A stretch of 63,730 nucleotides of DNA, the filler included, from Collodictyon triciliatum (lineage: Eukaryota), in NCBI GenBank assembly GCA_043381765.1. It is 17 parts of 17 records of this genome, joined end to end, with 100 filler letters (N's around TTAATTAATTAA, not from the genome) between each part and the next. Parts side by side here need not be neighbours in the genome. Positions count along the whole stretch, not along the records: positions 54,363 to 57,853 come from JBHJMP010007257.1; positions 57,954 to 61,443 come from JBHJMP010007258.1; positions 61,544 to 63,730 come from JBHJMP010007327.1; 14 more parts are not named here. One strand, 5' to 3'. The position numbers were made by a program, and so were the translations under genes. Each line of letters starts with the position of its first letter. Positions within the stretch are counted from its first letter, which is position 1. Positions 55,438-63,730 of the stretch are shown here, piece by piece. The notes below the pieces were generated by a model. That model was not told where the DNA came from, searched no databases, and saw nothing but the letters and a program-made list of their open reading frames with translations.

Positions 55438-55872
55438 GTCCAAGTTTCCAGATTTTCTATCCGCCTGCTTGGTTGGATCGATCGACGCGGGCTTCTTTCG
55501 TCCAGAGAACGCTGCTTCCTGATACCTAATTTTGACACTGCGCATGTGAAATGTGTGTTCGTGTGTAGCATACTCGCAGTCTTGAGGGAGCAAGCCCTTC
55601 CCTTGTTGCTTCGTGTCCTCCTGCAGCCCGAGATAAAATGTGATCGACGCAAGTCAAGAACAGAGCCGACACCGTCCACAACCGCAGCTGAGCGGCCGTG
55701 GGAGACAGTCAACATATAAGTGAAGAGATATAAACACGTTTAGAATCCCCATGATAACCTGATGGCTTCTCTGCCTCAGCATTCCCAAAACTACCTCTCT
55801 TCATTTCTTTTTTTTTCTTCTTTCATTTGTCTGGCATGGTAGCTTTGATTAGGGTTCATATATGCCTGGGCA

Positions 55873-57690
55873 CTACTGGGGAGGAAGAGCCACACGCAGG
55901 AAAGCGTCCAGGGTGTTTTGGAGAAGCATGGCCACCGTCATCGGGCCGACGCCGCCCGGGACGGGGGTTATGGCCGAGGCAACCTCTTTGACGCCCTTGT
56001 AGTCCACATCGCCCACAAGACGGTAGCCGTTCGGGGCTGTTGGGTCTGTGATGTCGTTGATGCCCACGTCGATGACAACCGCGCCTGGTTTAATCCACTC
56101 TTTCTTGACAAACTCAGCCTTTCCGAGGGCGGCAATCACAATGTCGGCCTGCGCTACTTCATGGGGCATATTTGCAGTCAGGGAGTGGCAGATGGTGACC
56201 TGCAATTGTGCATGCATCAGCTGTGCATGTCTGATGTGACCTGCTGTGATAGATTGGGTGCCATCATGGCTCTTGTGGAGGGAATGGTTATCGGAGGGCT
56301 CACGGTGGCGTCCGCCTTGAGTAACAGGAGGGAGATTGGGAGGCCAACGATGTTGCTGCGGCCGAGGATGACCGCCTTCTTTCCTGCCACTTCGATTCCA
56401 GAGCGCTTCAGAAGCTCCATGCAGCCCTTTGGGGTACACGGTGTGAAGAGAGCGTTTCTCCTTTGAATATCAAAATGTCATTCAGTACGTAACCATGAAG
56501 AATGGAACTGTGTTGCAATAATCTGGTTTTGTGTCCAGTTCTTTTTCTGTTTTTTTTCCCCTCTCTCTCGACGGGGTAGATAAAAGAATTAAAAAGACCG
56601 AAGTAAGCCACGGTATAATATAGGAAGAAATCAAAGATCGGGTGTATATAGGGAATCTCCAAGACAGAGGATGCCTCTGATAAATCATAATTGAATATAC
56701 TTTCTCATTCCGATTCGGCCAATGTTATCAGGGTGGAAGCCATCAACGTCTTTCTGAAGGCTAATTTTTCCCAGCACAGTCTCGTCGTTGATGTGGGAAG
56801 GAAGGGGCAGCTGCACAATGATCCCATGGACATTTTCATCATTGTTGAGACTCTCGACCTACAGAAAGAATGCACAATCAAGCATACTATAAACTGTAAA
56901 ATTTGCCATCTCGCAAGTCAGTAATTTACGACAAATTGTCCAAGCTTTTTTATTTGCTTATGATCATTTTTTTTCGGTTCATGACGCTCAAACACTAGGT
57001 TCTTTTTCTATTATTTTATTTTATCTTATTTTATCTTAGTTTATCTTCGTTTATTTTTTCGTTTATTTTTATTTTATTTTCTTATCTTTTTTTTCGGTGA
57101 ATTCGCATTACTTTGCAAATTTTACTTTCAATGCGCATACACAGTTTGTCAGCATAGTCGTAATTGTGTACCTCTTGCTCAAGGTCAGTCTGCGAGATAT
57201 TCTCTGCGAAGCGCTTCTCCACGAAGCGAATGCCACACTTTTCGGCTGCTCGTTTTTTCATGCGGACGTAGGTTTGAGAGTCCTTTCGTTCGCCAACAAG
57301 AACAACAGCCAGACCTGGTCGGTTTTCTACTGGGTAGGACTAATTTTATGCTTGTGAGAATTTTTTCCAAAATAATAAAAAAAAAAAAATCATTATGAAG
57401 GCAGCAAACTAGTAAATCATATGTAACATAGTAAACCCCTTTCTATTGAATACTTGCAGGATATATGTTATGGGTTGAATTCAAGGCTTTCATGCTTTTG
57501 TTTGTACCTTAAGTTTTTCAGCTATCTCGGACAGTACTTGCTCCGAGATGGCGCGTCCATCGATGTTTTTTGCCATTGTAGCCACAGAGTATGGTGTGCC
57601 TGACTTTACAAAACAAACTCTCGTATGAATCTTTGGGGGACATATTCCTACTATTCTGGTGAGACTGGTACGAAGAATGGACAGGATCAT
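55873..57690 (-). CDS. folD: Methylenetetrahydrofolate dehydrogenase/cyclohydrolase (FolD), multi-exon
   Basis: [99 protein letters not shown]. Confidence 0.95.
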
Positions 57691-57956
57691 CCGTTCCCGT
57701 TTTGTCGGAGTTGTTTATTTTGCTACGAAGTAAAATCATGTTCTTTTCTCTTTTCTCTTTCTTTTCTTTTTCTTTTTCTTTTTCTTTTTCTTTTTCTTTT
57801 TCTTTTTCTTTTTCTTTTTCTTTTTCTTTTTCTTTTTCTTTTTCTTTTTCTTTNNNNNNNNNNNNNNNNNNNNNNNNNNNNNNNNNNNNNNNNNNNNTTA
57901 ATTAATTAANNNNNNNNNNNNNNNNNNNNNNNNNNNNNNNNNNNNNNNNNNNNAAA

Positions 57957-57989
<33 letters not shown>

Positions 57990-58018
57990 AGAGACTCGCC
58001 ACTGTACATAACCCCACC

Positions 58019-58784
58019 ATGTCGCAAGCCCATCACACCGCTCGCAAAGCCACAGAAGCACGCCGCCCAGTCTACCAACCGTCTGTCCAGCCGAAGGGCC
58101 CAGACGGTTCAAAGGGCTTTCAACTAAACCGCACACTTCATCCACAGCCACCAACTGAAGAAACAGCCACTGTACCAACAACCCAACCTCCACCCCAAAC
58201 ATCATCACAAATATCATTCCAAACAACATCCCAAACATCTTTGCAATATCCACCCCAAGCGGGGAACCAAACAACATCCCAGCCAATATCGAACGCATCA
58301 ACCAAATCAATATCCCAACCAGCGGCCCTTCCCTTCCACGACCCGGCCATTCTGTCCTTTGCGCGCACATCACGCACACACGAATCTGCGAGTCAGGTGG
58401 CTGCGCATCAACCCTGGCCTTTCGCTCCTGCGCCAAGTGCGCCGGCCTCGTACGTCCCAGCCTATGCCACAAACACACACGCACACACACACGCACAGAC
58501 ACACACGCAAATGCCGATGCCGGTCTCATACAACGCCTCATCCCTCTGGACGTATCAATCAAACCCGGCCTCGCACGAGCCGCAGCCTTATTCTCCGGCC
58601 TACTCATCACACGCGTGGCCCACGCCCGGCACAAGCAAGCCCGCTGCACTCACAAACAGAGACTTTGAAGCGATGGTGCGCGTTTCGTCCCTGTCACATC
58701 AAAGCCTGTTTTTGTCCTTATCTAACCATCAACCACCCGACACCGTAGCTCTTTGGGCAGCCCGCCATCCCGCCTCGACGGTAA
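58019..58784 (+). CDS. Gln/Thr/Pro-rich low-complexity protein, probably the 3' end of a gene
   Basis: Long ORF; possible short final intron (GTGCGT..CCGTAG) giving ..RDFEAM|LFGQPAIPPRR*. Confidence 0.45.
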
Positions 58785-59002
58785 AGAAGCTGTTCGAGCC
58801 CTGTCTGGCGTAGACGCGGACTGTGCTGCATCCCTCCTCTCCTGTTACAAAATAAATGATGTCAAAGCAAAGCAATCACCCCATCCTTGCTGTGGGAAAA
58901 AGTCTTTTTTTTTTTTTTATTTTTAATATTGATATTGTTGTTTCTTGGGGCCAGATGCATCATGCAAGGTAATCCGATGTGCCCGGTTTTGAAAGCGGCG
59001 TC

Positions 59003-60013
59003 TTAGTGGCCTCCTGTCTGGCGCTGAACCAGCTGCGCGTAGAATCCACCCTGTGCGAGCAGTTCTTCGTGTCGGCCTTCCTCCACAACGCGGCCTTGGT
59101 GAAGCACTATGATTTTGTCTGCGTTGCGCACGGTTGACAGGCGATGTGCAATCACAATCGTTGTGCGGTTTTGCATCGCTCGCTCAAGAGCCGCTTGCAC
59201 CTGCGGAGGAGGAAAGCATTAGACACCGACAAACAAAGGGAAAGAAAGGGAAGAAGAAAACATGTCAAGGGGGATATATATATATATATATCAAGTCAGA
59301 TGCAAATAAGCCTCGTGAGGACTGATTGCATGGCAGGGTTGTGGACTGACAATGGCTTCGCTTTCTGTATCCAGCGCGCTTGTAGCTTCGTCTAACAGGA
59401 GAATCGGTGGATTCTTTAACACGGCGCGCGCGATGGCGATGCGCTGCTTCTGTCCGCCAGAAAGCTGAGTCCCGCGCTCACCCACATATGTGTCGAATCT
59501 GTAGCGTGAATCAACCGTATATTTAGGGGGCATGCTTCTAGAGTCGATGCGAACCAAAAGGAACAGAAGACAAAAAGGCAGTTGACCAGACTTACCTGTC
59601 AGGCAGGCGCGATATGAATTCGTATGCATTTGCTATGCGCGCTGCTTCCTGTGTTGGGATATGAGCTTACACCCAATTCACGAAAGAGAAAAGAGTGTGT
59701 GAAGAAAAAGAAGTCACCTCGATCTGGGCGTCTGTTGCTGATGTGACCCCATATGCAATGTTTTCTTTGATGCTGCAAGCAAACAGAACAGGTTCTTGAC
59801 TCACAAGGCCCAACTGCCTGCGGAGCCACTCCGTGTTGACTTTGCTGATGTCTGTGCCGTCCAATGTGATGGAACCTGAATGAGGGAGATAGAACCTTTC
59901 CAAAAGCGAAATCTGGAATATGGCGTTAGTCACTTAATAGCTGTGCTGTGCTCAAGTAGAACCATTACTTTTGTTAGTTACATCTAAACAGAACCATCTC
60001 TCATCGTCTTCAT

Positions 60014-60087
<74 letters not shown>

Positions 60088-60690
60088 AATGAAAATAAGT
60101 AACAATATAATAATTCATATCATTAACTTCTTCGAATTAATCTCTTACGACACTGCTTTTTCCGCTTCCGCTGCTGCCTACAAGCGCAACAGTCTTTCCA
60201 GCCGGAACCTGAAGTTTATTATATAGTTCTCAGATATGCCACACATATATTCTTATTTATAAACGCAGCGACTATGATAGCCAGAGGTCACAAATAAGCA
60301 CAGGTTTAAGACGGAGACATCAAATAGCAACGTCATAAGTAATACACGTACCGAAATGTTGACGCCGCTAAAGATGGGGATATCAGGTCGGGTCGGATAC
60401 GAAAAGCTGACATTGTGAAAGTTGACATTACCAACAACACTAGAGGGACTAAGTCCATCTGATGACATGGATTCAACCCTGGACTTTGTGTCTATTATCT
60501 TGAAGATTTCACGGGTGGCCATTTTGGTCTTCGCCAGGTCTGGTAGGGTGGACGACAGCTAGAAGTCGTGGGCATGGTGGAGTTTTTATTTTTATTATTT
60601 AAGTTACTTATTTGAAATTACATAAGAACTAATAAAGCTTATATTCACTCAACTTTGGAATATGTGCCATACCTTGATAAAGTTGGTGAA
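59003..60690 (-). CDS. ABCB (MDR/TAP) family transporter, end of TMD plus C-terminal NBD, multi-exon
   Basis: FSYPTRPD; Walker [10 protein letters not shown]-loop VSQEPVLF; signature [14 protein letters not shown]; Walker [14 protein letters not shown]-loop IAHRLST. Confidence 0.95.
60016..60085. repeat. (GA)n intronic microsatellite
   Basis: Tandem dinucleotides. Confidence 0.95.
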
Positions 60691-61598
60691 CTAAAAACAA
60701 ACAAAAAGANNNNNNNNNNNNNNNNNNAAAAAAAGAAGAAAAAAAGAAGAAAAAAAGAAGAAAAAAAGAAGAAAAAAAGAAGAACAAAAGAAGAACAAAA
60801 GAAGAACAAAAGAAGAAGAAAGAAGAAGAAAGAAGAAGAAAGAAGAAGAAGAAAGAAGAAGAAAGAAGAAGAAGAAAGAAGAAAAAAAAGAAAGAAGAAA
60901 GAAGAAAAAAGAAAAACGAAAAAAGAAAAAAGAAAGAAGAAAAAAGAAAAAAGAAAAAAGAAAAAAGAAAAAGAAAAAAGAAAAGAAAAAAGAAGAAAAG
61001 AAAAGAAGAAAAGAAAAAAGAAGAAAAGAAGAAAAGAAGAAAAGAAGAAAAGAAGAAAAGAAGAAAAGAAGAAAAGAAGAAAAGAAGAAAAGAAGAAAAG
61101 AAGAAGAAAAAGAAGAAAAAGAAGAAAAAGAAGAAAAAGAAGAAAAAAGACAGAGCAGAGCCTGAGTATCTCAGACACAGTCGTCCATCCAGAAGATCCG
61201 CAAAGCCGTGGCGATCATTCTCGCTAATAAGCTGAGACTCACCTTCCTCAACCACAAAATCGGTCCCTTGATCAACCTCTGCGGAAAAGGTGCCGCTTGT
61301 TGGGTCGCTCGGCTCGATGATAGCAGGCGTCTGGTCAGCCGGTTCTGCCGAAGTTGCGTCGCTCATGGAAGTGGGCTGTTTGGACGCAAAAAGCTGTGTG
61401 ACACAGAAGAAAAAAAGAAAAAAGAAAAAAGAAAAAAGAAAAANNNNNNNNNNNNNNNNNNNNNNNNNNNNNNNNNNNNNNNNNNNNTTAATTAATTAAN
61501 NNNNNNNNNNNNNNNNNNNNNNNNNNNNNNNNNNNNNNNNNNNTTTTTTTTTTTTTTTTTTTTTTTTGTTTGGGGGGGGGGGGGGGGGGGGGGGGGTC

Positions 61599-63216
61599 TC
61601 AGAGCTCCACTGAGCCCTTGGCTTTCCACTTTTTTGAGGAACGCTCGGCCGAACGATGACATATTTGATTTCCATATAATGTGACGACACTCCCAGAGAC
61701 CGGAAGTTTGAACTGGAAGTTGGAGTGTGCTTTGGGGATTGCTGTGGATTATTTAAAGAGGGATACCGCTTAAACTCCAGCTATGAAAAGGACATTTTCG
61801 ACAATGAAGAGAGGGGGAGCGTGCATTCGTATACGTATAAGCATTACGCATTATGTATTGTATGTGATATAAAAAAAAATCGTAAGATTTTTAAGGGTGG
61901 AAGCAAGTATGAGGGACAGGGTATGTGGATGGAAAAAAATAGGGAGGCTGGGCTAAATTTGAATTACTTAGAAGTTTGTTTTCTTTGCTGACAATTTTCA
62001 GTGTCCTTGCCGTTTCTTGTACAATTATTCCTTCAAGTCCAACGTATGAAGGGCACCTGGACTCCGATACTAATATATTGATTACTTTTTAAGAAAAAAT
62101 CCAAAAAAAAATCAGAACAAATCAAATCCTCGGCAATTACGTAGGAGGTATAAAGGGGATATCTCTTTCATGGTAGAAGGTCAGAAAATAGTAATGTTGA
62201 GCAGATGTAACAGGATATCTTTCATCCTCGTGTTATAGATATAGAAGTGGGCTTTTTTTTTTGAGCCTAGTTCGTACCCTGCATGATACAGCCATGATAA
62301 TCAAGCTTAGCTATCATAGGTTCCAGATTGGACATTTTGCTGTGAATATTAAATATTTGACAACATTTCCAAGGTATTTACGCACTATGCGTATCCCTGA
62401 TTCTGAGCACTTTCATATTATGTTTGATTTGATTTGATTTGATTTGATTTGATTTGATTTGATTTGATTTGATTTGATTTGATTTGATTTGATTTGCGAA
62501 GAACTTAAGGTGTTGATTTTGATTTTGATTTTGATTATGATTATGATTATGATTATGATTATGATTATGATTATGATTATGATTATGATTATGATTATGA
62601 TTATGATTATGATTATGATTATGATTATGATTTCCGGGTTATCAAGACGATTTTGTTTGAAATGGATACGATCCATGTGTCATGTGCAATATGCCTTAAA
62701 ATATAATATAGATTTTGACATACTTCACTCCCTGGGTGGCATTGGCGATATAATCGATCCAAAGAGCATTCAAAGGTAAAAAAGTTTCGTATCTTTGTTT
62801 TGATTGATGATGAAATAAAAATTAGATGAAATGACATGTGCTATAAATAATATCATGGTATTGTCTGAAAATATTCAAAATAGTTGTTTTTTTTTTCCTT
62901 TATTCGATTCAAAATACAGCGAGGTTATGCCATACAAAGAAATATTCGAAATGGTTAATAAAATCATGAATGAATTTGTTCTTTTTTTGAAACTGATTAT
63001 TTTTCACTCTCTTTAAATGCGATATATATAAAGCTGATGGCAGTTTAGATACAAGAACATGAAAAATAATATGTTGGCTTACTTGATGTTGCTTTTGTCT
63101 ATGTGAAAAGCTGCGTTTCGTTTGCGTTCTCTAACTGACATTATCCCCGATTTCTTGACGCGATTGGGTGTTCTAGCTCTTTTTTTCTTTAATGAATTAT
63201 GGAACCGGAATCCCCT
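61599..63216 (-). CDS. POP4: POP4/Rpp29 subunit of RNase P/MRP, multi-exon (5' end uncertain)
   Basis: YETFLPLNALWIDYI|..KLDYHGCIMQ|VSESRCPSYVGLEGIIVQET..|IPKAHSNF..LYGNQICHRSAERSSKKWKAKGSVEL*. Not captured by the ORF track. Confidence 0.9.
62422..62630. repeat. Compound (GATTT)n + (GATTAT)n intronic microsatellite
   Basis: Tandem units in a POP4 intron. Confidence 0.93.
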
Positions 63217-63618
63217 AGTAATTTTTTTTATGAAATTATATGTTAAAAAATAAGAAAACCAGATGATATTATCAATAGAATTTTATCCTGAATGTATATG
63301 CCCTTGTTTATGAAATTGTTCGACTTGATTCATATAGAATTGTATCTGCTTGAACATTATATTTGAATTTAAATTATAGTAAATTATTTTTCAAAGAGTC
63401 ATCTTTGAAATCCTATTGACCAACAACAACAAAAATGGTCCAACTTTAATTATTGCTTTATATCTTTCCGACACCTTATCATATTGTTGCTTTTTTTAAA
63501 AAATAATAATAATAATAATTATCAGATAATTTTAAATAATTTTCTTTTATGCCCGCTTATAAATTTAAAAAATTATACTCTTTTGGATAAGTACGTTTAT
63601 TTTTAAATATTGACACTT

Positions 63619-63730
63619 TTCTTTATCTTTATCTTTATCTTTATCTTTATCTTTATCTTTATCTTTATCTTTATCTTTATCTTTATCTTTATCTTTATCT
63701 TTATCTTTATCTTTATCTTTATCTTTATCT
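63619..63730. repeat. (TTTATC)n microsatellite
   Basis: Tandem hexamers running to the window end. Confidence 0.95.

Overview
Intron-rich eukaryotic DNA, probably a protist; the gene content (IPT/TIG surface protein, LRR-kinase, LRR-Cys-rich-TM receptor) looks amoebozoan, but that assignment is inference. The window is an artificial concatenation of 17 unrelated contigs/scaffolds, mostly ~3.5 kb, joined by N44-TTAATTAATTAA-N44 linkers, so adjacency across a linker has no biological meaning. Most contigs end in microsatellites. Genes, mostly partial and reconstructed by hand across GT/GC-AG introns: TTC13/SRFR1-like, PMCA Ca2+-ATPase, eIF3b 3' end, PRELI-TM protein, DUF810/PATROL1-like, RMC1, LEO1, BCCIP, ZupT-type ZIP, sideroflexin, A9-Ig/SCAB-like protein, PRA1, nicalin, PCNA, SQ-repeat/IPT protein, CHMP3, FolD, ABCB and POP4. 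Two mobile-element signals stand out. (1) A decayed Fanzor1 (eukaryotic TnpB-like RNA-guided nuclease) keeps all three RuvC acidic residues, and downstream on the same strand lies a multi-stem structured region that is a candidate omegaRNA. (2) A Polinton/virophage-type rve integrase sits beside periodic subterminal repeats, a TGT terminus and a 19-bp hairpin. All family calls come from motif recognition by eye; no database search was run.
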